Source: an uncultured Chlamydiales bacterium (lineage in GTDB: Bacteria; Chlamydiota; Chlamydiia; Chlamydiales; JAAKFR01). Taken from it: a stretch of DNA of 64,000 nt. This document shows positions 1-10,074 of the stretch, one piece after another. Position numbers and translations under genes: made by a program. The stretch lies in NCBI GenBank assembly GCA_963699155.1, contig OY969414.1, forward strand, positions 192,001 to 256,000. The letters run 5' to 3'. Within the stretch, counting starts at the first letter, position 1. Each line of letters starts with the position of its first letter. A model generated the notes under the pieces. It saw only the letters and a list, made by a program, of their open reading frames with translations, ran no database searches and was not told the origin of the DNA.

Positions 1-324
1 CATGAAGGGGTAGAAACCGAAGGTCTCCAAATAGTCCCCCTTCAATACCCCCTCTCCCACTACCCTTACGACACGATCTCCGATTTTCTCATCAAGATGG
101 AGCGCTACTCGACCCTATTTGCCGAACAGTACCGATACCGGCGTAAATCCTCGCCTGCAACAGCGCTCCTCCATGGAGCTTCTGCCTTCTTCAAAAGTTA
201 TATTTTGAAAAGAGGGTTTTTGGGCGGCTATGAGGGACTTCTTATCTCAGCCTATAATGGCCATACAGCCTTTTACAAATATCTGAAACTTTACCAGGCG
301 AATAAAAAGTGCTCCTCGCTCTGA
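1..324 (+). CDS. Glycosyltransferase family 2 (LPS, WaaE/KdtX-like), 3' part; truncated by window edge
   Basis: Frame is open from base 1 (HEGVETEGLQIVPLQYPLSHYPYDTISDFLIKMERYS...). C-terminal FFKSYILKRGFLGGYEGLLIS...KYLKL is typical of this GT2 subfamily. Confidence 0.75.
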   Translation, partial: HEGVETEGLQIVPLQYPLSHYPYDTISDFLIKMERYSTLFAEQYRYRRKSSPATALLHGASAFFKSYILKRGFLGGYEGLLISAYNGHTAFYKYLKLYQANKKCSSL

Positions 325-1046
325 TGTACCACAGGACTGGAGCTGGACCTGGAGTGGACAAGTATGCCAATTCCCAGGAGATGCTCCGCGATCACCTCAT
401 GTTTCTCAGGGAACATTATCCCATCGTTTTGCCTGGCGATCCTTTAGTGAAACGCAAACTCTCGGTCTGTCTGACTTTCGATGACGCCACTTTTGACTTC
501 TACCATTTTATCTACCCACTCCTTAAGGAATTGCAGATCAGAGTACTCTTAGGGGTCCCCGTCCATTACATTCTCGACAAAACGACCCTCCCTGTCGAAG
601 AGCGGCTCAGCGTCCCCTACTCTCTCATGATGCAAGAGGGTTTCTTTGACCAGAAGGTGCCCTTTTGCACCTGGCAGGAATTGGATGAGATGGTCAGCTC
701 AGGCCTCGTCGAGGTCGCCTCTCACTCCTATCTCCACTGCAACCTCACCTTTCCCTTCGTCGACCTCAACCGAGAGGTTGTCCTCTCCAAAGAAATCCTT
801 GAAAAGAGAGTTGCACAGCCCGTCTCCTCCTTTATCTACCCTTTTGGGAAAATGAGCCTCGCAGTTCACGAATATGTCTCTCAGCACTATCCTTACGCCT
901 TCCGGATCGGCTCCTCCCTCAATTTTGGCTGGGGCAACAACAGCAAGCCCCTCAACCGCGTCTCAGCAGACAACCTGAGCAGCACCGCCGCCCCCTTTAC
1001 ACTCTGGAGCCTGACAAAAGCCTTCACAAAAGCCCTATTAACTTAA
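309..1046 (+). CDS. Polysaccharide deacetylase (CE4/NodB family)
   Basis: Motifs LMYH, LTFDD, SHSYLH and FIYPFG; GTG start overlaps the upstream GT2 gene. Confidence 0.85.
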   Translation: MLLALMYHRTGAGPGVDKYANSQEMLRDHLMFLREHYPIVLPGDPLVKRKLSVCLTFDDATFDFYHFIYPLLKELQIRVLLGVPVHYILDKTTLPVEERLSVPYSLMMQEGFFDQKVPFCTWQELDEMVSSGLVEVASHSYLHCNLTFPFVDLNREVVLSKEILEKRVAQPVSSFIYPFGKMSLAVHEYVSQHYPYAFRIGSSLNFGWGNNSKPLNRVSADNLSSTAAPFTLWSLTKAFTKALLT

Positions 1047-1229
1047 TTAAACGCAAAGACACTAAGACGCGAAGTCTACGTCAAGATTCAACGCAAAGAC
1101 GCTAAGACGCAGAGGCGCAAAGAAAGAAGAGGCGCTTCGCGTACCCTCCTCTTTGTGTCTTCGTGTCTTCGCGTCTTAGCGTTGAATCTTGACGTAGACT
1201 TCGCGTCTTAGTGTCTTTGCGTTGAATTA
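1044..1229. mobile_element. Palindromic MITE/REP-like element built from 8-bp units (ACGCAAAG/ACACTAAG/ACGCGAAG)
   Basis: Arms 1044-1094 and 1179-1229 are reverse complements with one mismatch. TA at both ends. Sits between convergent stop codons. Confidence 0.75.
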
Positions 1230-1232
1230 TAT

Positions 1233-1352
1233 CTAGAAACGGGGGCCGGAGTAGCAGGAGGAGGTAATGTGCTGGCTGAGAATTTCCATCCATTTTGTCG
1301 AGAAGGAATTTTTTTCGAGGCGGATCTGGGTTTGGTGATTGAGGTCGAAGAT
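1233..1352 (-). pseudogene. Duplicated 3' fragment of the LRR gene at 2051-2509
   Basis: Encodes IFDLNHQTQIRLEKNSFSTKWMEILSQHITSSCYSGPRF, near-identical to the LRR protein C-terminus. Homology stops at 1352. Confidence 0.75.
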
Positions 1353-1567
1353 TCCTGAATAGGGTTGTTGGGGCTCCATAATAGCTTCAGGAAAGTTTTT
1401 GCCTATGAAGATATTAGCTGGCTCGGCAATTGCTGCCGTTGGGAGTGGCAGCGGCCTATTGAGGGCCGCGAGCGACCTTCGGCGCCTTTCCCCCGCGCCT
1501 GTGACCGAGGCTGAGCCAGCAGCCGAGTGTCGCAGCGACGGGCCTAATTGATCGATGTCCAACTAAG

Positions 1568-1589
1568 GCGGTGGGCTTTAGCCCACTGC
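1568..1589. repeat. Short REP-like palindrome GCGGTGGGCT-TT-AGCCCACTGC
   Basis: Near-perfect hairpin in intergenic DNA. Confidence 0.45.
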
Positions 1590-1731
1590 TGAGGGCGGAA
1601 GTATATCCCACTAAGACCTTCTTGTTTTGATCTTTGGTTGCTCTAAGCCTTTCCTTTGGTGAATCAAACTGTTACCTATGCTGGTGAACTGGACCCAAAA
1701 AAACAGAACAGAGTTTACACAGATCGCGGAG

Positions 1732-1856
1732 TAATGCCGTCAAGCTAGGACAAAAAACAGGATAAACAGGATCGTTAAGTGGCAGAATTGGCATGATATC
1801 CTATTCATCTTGCCGCTTGCGATCTTGCCCATCTTGTTCTTAAATTGACGGCATTA
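1732..1856. mobile_element. MITE-like element with 12-bp terminal inverted repeats
   Basis: TAATGCCGTCAA (1732-1743) and TTGACGGCATTA (1845-1856). TA ends; internal ACAGGAT and ATCTTG/ATCCT units; no transposase. Confidence 0.6.
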
Positions 1857-1864
1857 GCCCGCTC

Positions 1865-2170
1865 CCCTTTACACTCTGGAGCCTGACAAAAGCCCTATTA
1901 ACTTAATTAAACGCAAACGCTAAGACACGAAGACACAAAGAGGAGGGTACGCGAAGCGCCTCTTCTTTCTTTGCGCCTCTGCGTCTTAGCGTCTTTGCGT
2001 TGAATCTTGACGTAGACTTCGCGTCTTAGGGTCTTTGCGTTGAATTATATCTAGAAACGGGGGCCGGAGTAGCACGAGGAGGTAATATGCTGGCTGAGAA
2101 TTTCCTTCCATTTATTGGAGAAGGAATTTTTTTCGAGGCGGATCTGGGTTTGGTGGTCGAGGTCGAAGAT
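1865..2170 (+). repeat. Copy B of the direct duplication; its palindromic element (1904-2047) has a truncated left arm and an inverted core
   Basis: Matches 992-1352. Core AAGAGGAGGGTACGCGAAGCGCCTCTTCTTTC is the reverse complement of the copy A core. Confidence 0.9.
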
Positions 2171-2509
2171 CTCCGGAGGGAGATGGGTGAGCTTGTTGCC
2201 ATCGAGGACGAGTAGATTCAAATGGGTGAAGAGGCCGATGGAGTCGGGTAAGCTGGTTAACTGAAGGCCTGAGAGATCGAGAGTGGCTGCTTTGGCGGTA
2301 TAGTTTTCTAGGAATTTAGTTGCGGCAGTCTGGCGGAAGTCTTGCTCCTCTGAAGATTGATCGATCCATTTTCTGAGCCCGTGACGGAGTCTGTGAGCCA
2401 GCTGGTCTTCGAGAGAATTGAGCTGTTGGATCAAAGCCTTTTTTATTTCATTAAGAGTGGAAATAATCTCTGCCATAATAAATACCTTTGTTTGCAAAAA
2501 GTATATCAA
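2051..2509 (-). CDS. Short leucine-rich-repeat protein, IpaH/YopM-like N-cap, candidate effector (start may be 2476)
   Basis: W...RQTAATKF...TLDLSGLQLTSLPDSIG...LVLDGNKLTHLPPEI LRR consensus. Confidence 0.7.
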   Translation of the reverse strand: MIYFLQTKVFIMAEIISTLNEIKKALIQQLNSLEDQLAHRLRHGLRKWIDQSSEEQDFRQTAATKFLENYTAKAATLDLSGLQLTSLPDSIGLFTHLNLLVLDGNKLTHLPPEIFDLDHQTQIRLEKNSFSNKWKEILSQHITSSCYSGPRF

Positions 2510-2531
2510 ATTAAATCTTTAAAATAAAGGA

Positions 2532-3749
2532 TTATTTTAACAATTGAAGGATGGAGCGGAGGGAGGCGATAAAGGTGTCGATTTCATCTGGGGTATTGTA
2601 GAGGCCAAAGGAGATACGGGAGGAGGCAGAGAGGCCGAAACGGTCGTGGGCCGGCTGAGAACAGTGGTGCCCTGAGCGGATGGCGATGCCTCGGCAATCG
2701 AGGAGGGTGGCAAGATCGAGGGGATGGACCCCATCGATGGAGAAGCTGATGAGGGCTCCTTTCTGATCGGCTGTTCCGAGGATACGGAGGTCTGGGATCT
2801 GCTGGAGCTGCTGGGTAGCGTGATGGAGAAGCTCCTCCTCCCAGGCATGGATTGTCTCCATCCCGGCCTGAGAGAGGTAGTCGATGGCGGCGCCAAGGCC
2901 GATCACCTCGGCAATTGGGGGAGTTCCGGCTTCGAACTTGAGAGGCGTCTGCTGGTAGGTAGTTTTCTCGAGAGTGACTCTCTCAATCATATCTCCACCA
3001 CCCTCTAGAGGGGGTAATTTTTCAAGCCAGCTCTGCTTTCCGTAGAGAATACCGATTCCGGTGGGGCCGTAGAGCTTATGGCCAGAAAAGGCGTAAAAAT
3101 CGACATCGAGCTCTTGAACGTCGATCGGGAGATGGGGAGCGGCTTGGGCCCCATCGAGACAGACTAAGGCTCCTACCGCGTGGGCCGCTTCGATGATCGT
3201 TTTTACAGGGTTGATGGTCCCGAGAACATTGGAAATATGGGCGAGACTTACCAACTTCACTTTCTCATCGAGCAACTCGTAGAAGGCTTCGAGAATCAAC
3301 TCCCCTTGATCATTGACGGGAATGATGCGGAGGACCGCTCCCCGCTCTTCACAGAGCATCTGCCAGGGGACGATGTTAGAATGGTGCTCCACCTCCGAGA
3401 TCATGATCGCGTGACCTGGACGGATAAATTTCTCTCCAAAGGTATGCGCGAGTAGATTGATCGCAGAGGTTGTCCCACGCGTGAAAATGATCTCTTCCGG
3501 CTCGGCGGCGTGTATAAAGTGCTGCACCTTCTGGCGAACCCCACCATAGAGTTCAGTTGCCTCTCGGGCGAGTGTGTAGACCCCGCGATGCACTGTCCCA
3601 TAGTGGTGGGTGTAAAAATCGTGGATGGCATCGATCACAGAATGCGGCTTTTGGGCTGACGCAGCGGTGTCGAAGTAGATCAAGGGGTAGCCATGGATCT
3701 TTTTGCTGAGAACTGGGAAATCTTGGCGGAGGGCGAGACAGGTCTTCAT
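2532..3749 (-). CDS. sufS: Cysteine desulfurase SufS
   Basis: YFDTAASAQKP, FSGHKLYGPTGIG (PLP Lys), RSGHHCSQP (catalytic Cys); last gene of suf operon. Confidence 0.95.
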   Translation of the reverse strand: MKTCLALRQDFPVLSKKIHGYPLIYFDTAASAQKPHSVIDAIHDFYTHHYGTVHRGVYTLAREATELYGGVRQKVQHFIHAAEPEEIIFTRGTTSAINLLAHTFGEKFIRPGHAIMISEVEHHSNIVPWQMLCEERGAVLRIIPVNDQGELILEAFYELLDEKVKLVSLAHISNVLGTINPVKTIIEAAHAVGALVCLDGAQAAPHLPIDVQELDVDFYAFSGHKLYGPTGIGILYGKQSWLEKLPPLEGGGDMIERVTLEKTTYQQTPLKFEAGTPPIAEVIGLGAAIDYLSQAGMETIHAWEEELLHHATQQLQQIPDLRILGTADQKGALISFSIDGVHPLDLATLLDCRGIAIRSGHHCSQPAHDRFGLSASSRISFGLYNTPDEIDTFIASLRSILQLLK

Positions 3750-4933
3750 ACGATCAGCTGCAGAGCCTCTTTGCGGAAGTTGGTATCGGGAATCAGATCG
3801 ACCACATCACGGGTGAAACCGAGAAGAAGAAGTCTCTGAGCTACTGGGAGAGGTATACCCCGCGCCATCAGATAGAAAAGTTGCTCAGCGTCGAGCTGTC
3901 CCACAGTTGCTCCATGAGAGGCTTTGACATCGTCAGCGAGGATCTCCAAATTGGGTTTGCTATAAGCTGTTGCCCTTTCGCCTATAAGAAGGTTATTGTT
4001 CATTTGGTAAGCTTGAGTCTTTTGCGCTTGTCTGTGGACAAAGATCTTTCCCTCAAAACTTGACCTAGACATATCGCTGAGGACACCTTTGAATTTTTGC
4101 AGCGAGTTACCATTTGGCTCCTCATGATCGAGCTGCAGGTTGACATGATGTTGACGGTTACCCGAGAGTTTCCAGACACCATAGAGGTTGGCCTCCGCAT
4201 CTTCTCCGAGCAGTCTTACTCGATAATCTTCCCGCGAGGTGGCTGCTCCATTCGTGACTGAAATTGTCTTTAGACCACTATTTTTCTTCAGCGTGGCCCT
4301 GAGACTCCAGAGATGATGCCCTTTTTCAGAAAGAGCGCCTCCTTTCATCAGAGTAACTTGAGCACCCTCCTCCAAAGCACAATCAAAGAATCCATTCACC
4401 AAATGAGACTCAGCTGACTGCTCTTTTAGAAGGAGCTGAGCCATCGCCTGCTTGCCTGCAAAGAGGTGGATACGGGGAGAGTGGTGAACTTGTTTCTGAT
4501 CGACACTGACGAGATGGAGGATCGTGAGGGGCTCGGAGAGTAAAGCTTGCGGCGGCAGATAGAGGAAAAGTCCCTCACGATAGTAGGCTCCATTCAAGAG
4601 TGCGAAAGGATCACTCTCTTCTTTGGTCCATTTGTTGAGCCGCGCATTCAGAAAAGAGCCATAGGTGGCAAAAGCTTTGGATAGGGGAAGGGCGATCACC
4701 CCCTTGGGGGGCAGTGAAAGCAGCTCCACATAGGTGCCATTGACAAAAACCAGTGTCCCCTTTTGAGGAGAAAAGGGAATCGTTTCGAGAGTAGGCAGAG
4801 CGTAAGGATGGCTGTAGAGCTCTTTTAAGCGGACATAGCGGTAGTGTTCATTGCTTTTTCCAGGCAAGCCAACTTCCAAAAAGCGGTCCCAGGCCGCAGG
4901 ATGGAGGGCTTTGTCTACGAATTCAAGAGACAT
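3746..4933 (-). CDS. sufD: Fe-S cluster assembly protein SufD
   Basis: E-YRY N-terminal motif; [21 protein letters not shown]; operon position. Confidence 0.93.
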   Translation of the reverse strand: MSLEFVDKALHPAAWDRFLEVGLPGKSNEHYRYVRLKELYSHPYALPTLETIPFSPQKGTLVFVNGTYVELLSLPPKGVIALPLSKAFATYGSFLNARLNKWTKEESDPFALLNGAYYREGLFLYLPPQALLSEPLTILHLVSVDQKQVHHSPRIHLFAGKQAMAQLLLKEQSAESHLVNGFFDCALEEGAQVTLMKGGALSEKGHHLWSLRATLKKNSGLKTISVTNGAATSREDYRVRLLGEDAEANLYGVWKLSGNRQHHVNLQLDHEEPNGNSLQKFKGVLSDMSRSSFEGKIFVHRQAQKTQAYQMNNNLLIGERATAYSKPNLEILADDVKASHGATVGQLDAEQLFYLMARGIPLPVAQRLLLLGFTRDVVDLIPDTNFRKEALQLIV

Positions 4934-5658
4934 GAATAGCCTTTTTCTTCGAGCTGAACCGCTAAGGAGAAGTCACCCGACTGGACAATTTTCCCATCAG
5001 CAAAGATATGAACAAAATGGGGCTTCACATAATCGAGAAGGCGCTGGTAGTGGGTGATCAGGAGAAGCGCATTTTCATTGGTCATCAGTTTATTAATCCC
5101 GTGAGCCACGATACGCATCGCATCGATATCAAGCCCTGAATCGGTTTCATCCAAAATCGCAAGCTTCGGCTGAAGAACCGCCATCTGTAAGATCTCGTTT
5201 CGCTTTTTCTCTCCGCCTGAGAAGCCCTCATTTACCGAACGCTCTTTAAAGACACTTCTCATTTCGACGAGCCGCATTTTTTCATCTAAAAGAGCCTCAA
5301 ATTCGGCTTCAGAGAGGGTATTTATTCCTCGAGCCTTCTGAAGCGATGCGTGGGCATGAAAGAGAAATTGCTCATTCGTAACGCCTGCTATTTCAGGAGG
5401 GTATTGAAAGCCCATAAATAAGCCGAGAGCCGCTCTCTTTTCAGGCTCCATCTCGGCGATGTTTTCTCCACAAAAAAGGATCTCCCCCTCAGTCACCTCA
5501 TAGGCAGGATGGCCCGCGAGGATTTTAGCGAGAGTGGACTTTCCCGCTCCATTGGGGCCCATAATGGCATGGATCTCACCTGCTTTGAGTGTGAGATTGA
5601 CACCTTTGAGAATGGGAGTTCCCTCAACAGAGGCATGTAAATTTTGAATCACTAACAT
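4915..5658 (-). CDS. sufC: Fe-S cluster assembly ATPase SufC
   Basis: GPNGAGKST Walker [29 protein letters not shown]. Likely ATG at 5658 (MLVIQNL). Confidence 0.95.
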   Translation of the reverse strand: MLVIQNLHASVEGTPILKGVNLTLKAGEIHAIMGPNGAGKSTLAKILAGHPAYEVTEGEILFCGENIAEMEPEKRAALGLFMGFQYPPEIAGVTNEQFLFHAHASLQKARGINTLSEAEFEALLDEKMRLVEMRSVFKERSVNEGFSGGEKKRNEILQMAVLQPKLAILDETDSGLDIDAMRIVAHGINKLMTNENALLLITHYQRLLDYVKPHFVHIFADGKIVQSGDFSLAVQLEEKGYSCLLNS

Positions 5659-5662
5659 CTTA

Positions 5663-7108
5663 CTAACCGACAGAATTTTCAAGTTTTATAGTTAATAACT
5701 TTTTCGCCTCTTCAGCAAATTCTAGGGGCAATTCTTGGATCACCTCTTTGCAAAATCCATTCACTACCAAGTTAACAGCATCTTCTCTAGAAATGCCGCG
5801 TGCTTGAAAGTAGAAGAGCTGCTCTTCGTTGATTCTCGAAGTAGAGGCTTCATGCTCTACTTGAGACGAAGGATTATTCACTTCGATATAGGGGAAGGTG
5901 TTGGCGCTGCATCGATCTCCGACCAACATCGAATCACACTGAGTGTAATTGCGCGAGTTTTCAGCTCGAGGTGCCATTTTAACCAGGCCGCGGTAGCTGT
6001 TATGGGAATAATCAGCAGCAATCCCCTTAGAAACTATCGTGGAGCGGCTATTTTTTCCAACGTGGATCATCTTGGTTCCGGTATCAGCCTGCATATGGCC
6101 GTTGGTCAATGCGATGGAGTAAAATTCGCCGATCGATTCTTCCCCTTGGAGAAGACAACTTGGATATTTCCAAGTGATTGCAGCACCCACTTCGACCTGT
6201 GTCCAGCAGATTTTGGAGCGGTATCCAGCACATCTGCCCCGCTTCGTGACAAAGTTGAAAATGCCCCCTTTCCCTGTTTGGCGATCTCCTGCGTACCAAT
6301 TTTGAACGGTCGAATATTTGATTTCTGCTCTCTCATGGGCAATCAGTTCGACAACGGCAGCGTGTAGCTGGTTCGTGGAATAGGCTGGAGCTGTGCACCC
6401 CTCCAGATAGCTCACGTAGGAGCCCTCCTCAGCGATGATCAAGGTCCGCTCAAACTGTCCCGACTCCTTATCGTTGATGCGGAAGTAGGTAGATAGCTCC
6501 ATCGGACAGCGCACCCCTTTCGGTATATAGACGAAGGAGCCATCGGTAAAGACAGCCGAGTTGAGCGTGGCAAAGTAATTATCCCCGATGGGAACTACGG
6601 TTCCCAGATATTGCTCCAAGAGCTCAGGATACTTCTGAACCGCTTCCGAGATCGAGCAGAGGACGACACCCGCCTCTTCGATTTTTTTCTTAAAGGTTGT
6701 CCCGATAGAGACCGAATCAAAAACAAGGTCGACAGCCACATTGGCAAGCCTTTTCTGTTCATCTAAGGGGATTCCCAGCCTTTCGAAGGTCTTTAACACC
6801 TCAGGATCGGCCTCATCTAGACTTCCGAGAGTTGGCTTCTTCTTAGGGGCAGAATAGTAGGTGATATTTTGGTAGTCGATGGGAGGATAGCTGACATGGG
6901 CCCATTGAGGCTCTTCCGATTCGAGCCATCGATGGTAGGCTTTGAGGCGAAAGTCGAGTAGAAAAGGGGGTTCTTTCTTTTTCTCAGAAATGAGACGCAC
7001 CGTCTCTTCATTAAGCCCTTTTGGGATCGACTCTGTTTCTACCTCCGTGACAAAACCATACTGGTATTCAGCACGTTTTTTTAAAATTTCTTCTGTAGTT
7101 AAGGACAT
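5663..7108 (-). CDS. sufB: Fe-S cluster assembly protein SufB
   Basis: [41 protein letters not shown]. Confidence 0.96.
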   Translation of the reverse strand: MSLTTEEILKKRAEYQYGFVTEVETESIPKGLNEETVRLISEKKKEPPFLLDFRLKAYHRWLESEEPQWAHVSYPPIDYQNITYYSAPKKKPTLGSLDEADPEVLKTFERLGIPLDEQKRLANVAVDLVFDSVSIGTTFKKKIEEAGVVLCSISEAVQKYPELLEQYLGTVVPIGDNYFATLNSAVFTDGSFVYIPKGVRCPMELSTYFRINDKESGQFERTLIIAEEGSYVSYLEGCTAPAYSTNQLHAAVVELIAHERAEIKYSTVQNWYAGDRQTGKGGIFNFVTKRGRCAGYRSKICWTQVEVGAAITWKYPSCLLQGEESIGEFYSIALTNGHMQADTGTKMIHVGKNSRSTIVSKGIAADYSHNSYRGLVKMAPRAENSRNYTQCDSMLVGDRCSANTFPYIEVNNPSSQVEHEASTSRINEEQLFYFQARGISREDAVNLVVNGFCKEVIQELPLEFAEEAKKLLTIKLENSVG

Positions 7109-7165
7109 AGAACTCTAATATCATAACTTTTTAGAAGGTTTTTTGTAAGACAAAAATCTACCATA

Positions 7166-8230
7166 ATGATAGAAAATTGGCTTATGCTGCGAAAATTATT
7201 CTTGTTATTGCTGATCACTCCTTTTTTAGTTTCCTGTTCTCGCCCCTCCACCTATCGCTACTGCATTGAAGGAGCTCAAGAATTTGTTTTAGATTCCTAC
7301 CAGATCAGTCAAGGAAAATTTTCGATTCTAGGTTTAGAAGGGGCCTCTGTTGCCCCTCTCGACCCGATGCTCCTCTGTGAATATGAAGACCAGATCGATG
7401 AAGATGACGTTCTCAAAATTGCGCTCTTCCACCCCAGCCGAAAGGACCTCGTAGAGGCGGTCTATTCTATTGGACAGTCGATCGGCTACAGGGTCGTCTG
7501 TGGAAATATCTACCTCCCCATCTTAGGCGCTGTTACCGTAAAAGGACTTACCCTCAATGAGGCCCGAAACTATATCCAGAGCCGTTATACAGCGGAAATC
7601 TCCCAGGTAGATGTCTTTATCGAATATGCTGAGCGGCTCCACAGTAAAGTGGAGTTGACAGGAGCGGTCAAAGTGCCAGAGATTCCGATCAATGGAAGAA
7701 TGCGTCTCTACGAAGTGCTTGCGTTAGCTGGTGTGCCCCCCGATTCTAACCTCTTTATGAGCTATGTCCTACGGGAAGGCTGCCTGCTCCCTGTCGATCT
7801 TTTCCAACTCATGCATGAAGGCGATATGTGCCAAAATATCGTCATGCGCCCCAATGATAAAATCTTTATCGCAGAACCTTGTGCAGCCACAATCACAGTT
7901 CTTGGCGAGGTGGGACTGTCGCAAGTGATCCCCGTTCCGAATGGAACCATCTCGCTGCGCGAAGCGATCGCTGCGGCTGGAGGCATCCCTTTCACGGGTG
8001 ATAAGCGGTGCATCCTTGTCATCCGTGGCAATATTGTAAGCCCCAAAGTCTATCGTCTCGCTTGGGAACATGTCACCTATCTGCCCAATCAAAGCCTCTT
8101 ACTCATGCCTGGAGACACAGTCTATATCTCTGAAAGACCGCTCACTCGCTGGAACCGCTTTATAGAACAGCTCTTGCCGAGCTCACTGCTGATCGATCTC
8201 GGAATCAGAACCCAGAGGGTATTGCGTTGA
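7166..8230 (+). CDS. Polysaccharide export lipoprotein (Wza/Poly_export + SLBB)
   Basis: Lipobox-like FLVSC; GNIYLPILGAVTVKGLT; SLBB repeats; C-terminal PLTRWNRFIEQLLPS resembles the Wza helix. Confidence 0.8.
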   Translation: MIENWLMLRKLFLLLLITPFLVSCSRPSTYRYCIEGAQEFVLDSYQISQGKFSILGLEGASVAPLDPMLLCEYEDQIDEDDVLKIALFHPSRKDLVEAVYSIGQSIGYRVVCGNIYLPILGAVTVKGLTLNEARNYIQSRYTAEISQVDVFIEYAERLHSKVELTGAVKVPEIPINGRMRLYEVLALAGVPPDSNLFMSYVLREGCLLPVDLFQLMHEGDMCQNIVMRPNDKIFIAEPCAATITVLGEVGLSQVIPVPNGTISLREAIAAAGGIPFTGDKRCILVIRGNIVSPKVYRLAWEHVTYLPNQSLLLMPGDTVYISERPLTRWNRFIEQLLPSSLLIDLGIRTQRVLR

Positions 8231-10074
8231 TCCATTTCTCACTTGGCGATCTGGGACGGATTTTAGCAAGAGGAAAGCTGCTGATCCTTCTCGCAGCCCT
8301 CCTCTGCGGGAGTATCGTCTTTCTTTATTTAGTGACGCGTCCAGTTCACTATACGGTAAGAGGGATCTTTAAGGGAAATCCCCCACAGTCGACCAATGCT
8401 CTCTTTAAAGCTCTCGAACTTCTAGGCAACGAGGAGAACCAGGGAAGCAATGAAGATCACCGCTCTCTCTTACGCAGCTATCCTGTCATCGAAAAAGTGG
8501 TGCTGACACATAACCTTCAGGCCACTCTCATCGAGCCAAAGATGGCGCGTCGCCTCCGTGAAGTCTGGTATACAGTGAAAACCTCACTCGCCTATCACAG
8601 ACTGAAGCAGGAGCGTCCTACCTCATCGATTTTGAGAAAAGAGATCCTGATCGCAGATGAGCTGGTGGTCCCCGACTTCACCCCTTCACTCTTCTGTAAC
8701 CAGCTCGATTATGGTGTTGAGATTGGCTCCAAATTCTCCATTCGCTTCACTTCCGCAACAGCTTACAAGGTGAAGTCAGAAGGGAAATGGATAGGCCATG
8801 GCTCTTTAGAGAGCCCTTTTATATGGGAAAAAGGCAGCTTTACTCTCTCAGGAAAAGGAAGAAAAGGCAAAACAGTTCTGCTCCATCTGATTCCGAGCCA
8901 AGAGGCGATTGCCAGTTTGCAAAAATCCCTCCAGATCATGCGGGACAAAGAAAATCAGGCATTGATCCACATTTCATATACCCATCGTGATCGCCGGCTC
9001 GCTGCACTCATTGTCAATGCGGTGATGGAGGAATTTCAAAATTATCTCACCCAGGATGGTAAGCGAAAGATTTCCAAACAGCTCACCTATCTGCACCAGC
9101 GCCAGGAAGAGATGATGGAGCAGCTCGAAACCCTGCTTCAGCAGCAAAAAGGCTATCTGGAAGCCCATCTTGACTCGGGTCTCATCCTCTCTCTCGATAA
9201 AGAGCTCGATTTTTTAGCGAATACCCAAGCAGAAAAGAGACACAAGCTGCTCGCCATCCAATCGGAAATCGACCATCTAGCACCGGGCGCCAATTTCCGT
9301 GAATTTGCCGGGCAGAAACTCCAAACCCATGCCCTTTCTGTCGAATCGGCACATGAGATGATTCAGTTTCATCAAAAGGAGCTCGATCAGCTCTCTCTTG
9401 ACAGTGAACGTTACGAAGAGTGCCTTTTGAAACTGGCAGAGCCAGGCTTTGATTGCTCTTCTTTAGCGAAAGTACTTTCAGACCCCTCTCTACAAAGCCG
9501 TTTTGAGAGGATGCACTCCCTCCACCATCGTCTGATCGATGAGAAAAATTGGTCTCTCAAAGAGAGGGAGCAGCTTAAGAGTGAGCTAGAGATCGAAAAA
9601 GCCTTCCTCAAAGAACATACTCATCTTCTTAAAGAGGGGGCTCTTCTCCATATCCAATCGATTCAAAACCGGATCGAAACCCTGCACCACGATCTCCTCT
9701 ATCTATTAGCCGATCGTTACCAGCAGGAAGAGCGAGCGCTGGCATCTCTCACAGCCCAGACCCAAGACTTTCCGGAAAAGTGGCTCAATGAACAGAAGAT
9801 GAATCTCACCAGTAAGCTCTCTAAAGAGATCATGGAGTCAATCACCAAGATGATCGAAGCCAAGAACTTAGGTTATAACCTCGACTACTTGATGGCCCAA
9901 GTCGTCAAACCCGCCATTCCCCCTATCCTTCCTGACTCTCCCTATTTGATGCTTGGAAGCTGCCTGGGGCTTTCTGTCGGGGCTTTTTCTATGATCATTG
10001 GATTAATTCTGTTCGCACTTTGGAAGGGGCCTTCCGCCTCTTTTGCCAATTTGGCGGAAAGAGGAAGAAGGTAG
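8227..10074 (+). CDS. Wzc/Wzz-like polysaccharide co-polymerase, N-terminal and periplasmic part
   Basis: Two TM helices flank a long coiled-coil region; IHISYTHRDRRLAALIVNAV; follows the wza-like gene. Confidence 0.7.
   Translation: MIHFSLGDLGRILARGKLLILLAALLCGSIVFLYLVTRPVHYTVRGIFKGNPPQSTNALFKALELLGNEENQGSNEDHRSLLRSYPVIEKVVLTHNLQATLIEPKMARRLREVWYTVKTSLAYHRLKQERPTSSILRKEILIADELVVPDFTPSLFCNQLDYGVEIGSKFSIRFTSATAYKVKSEGKWIGHGSLESPFIWEKGSFTLSGKGRKGKTVLLHLIPSQEAIASLQKSLQIMRDKENQALIHISYTHRDRRLAALIVNAVMEEFQNYLTQDGKRKISKQLTYLHQRQEEMMEQLETLLQQQKGYLEAHLDSGLILSLDKELDFLANTQAEKRHKLLAIQSEIDHLAPGANFREFAGQKLQTHALSVESAHEMIQFHQKELDQLSLDSERYEECLLKLAEPGFDCSSLAKVLSDPSLQSRFERMHSLHHRLIDEKNWSLKEREQLKSELEIEKAFLKEHTHLLKEGALLHIQSIQNRIETLHHDLLYLLADRYQQEERALASLTAQTQDFPEKWLNEQKMNLTSKLSKEIMESITKMIEAKNLGYNLDYLMAQVVKPAIPPILPDSPYLMLGSCLGLSVGAFSMIIGLILFALWKGPSASFANLAERGRR

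Larger units (their letters stand above)
992..1352 (+). repeat. Copy A of a direct duplication (deacetylase 3' end + palindromic element + LRR gene 3' end)
   Basis: CCCCTTTACACTCTGGAGCCTGACAAAAGCC...ACTTAATTAAACGCA and TTGAATTATATCTAGAAACGGGGG...GAGGTCGAAGAT both recur at 1865-2170. Confidence 0.9.

Noticed and set aside
1233..1562. 109-aa ORF as a real gene
   Set aside because: It is a chance fusion of GC-rich spacer DNA to the duplicated LRR tail.
1044..2047. CRISPR array
   Set aside because: The repeats are 8-bp units within inverted arms with no unique spacers, and there are no cas genes.
1233..2170. DGR template/variable repeat pair formed by the two LRR 3' copies
   Set aside because: The differences are not adenine-specific on either strand and no reverse transcriptase is in the window.
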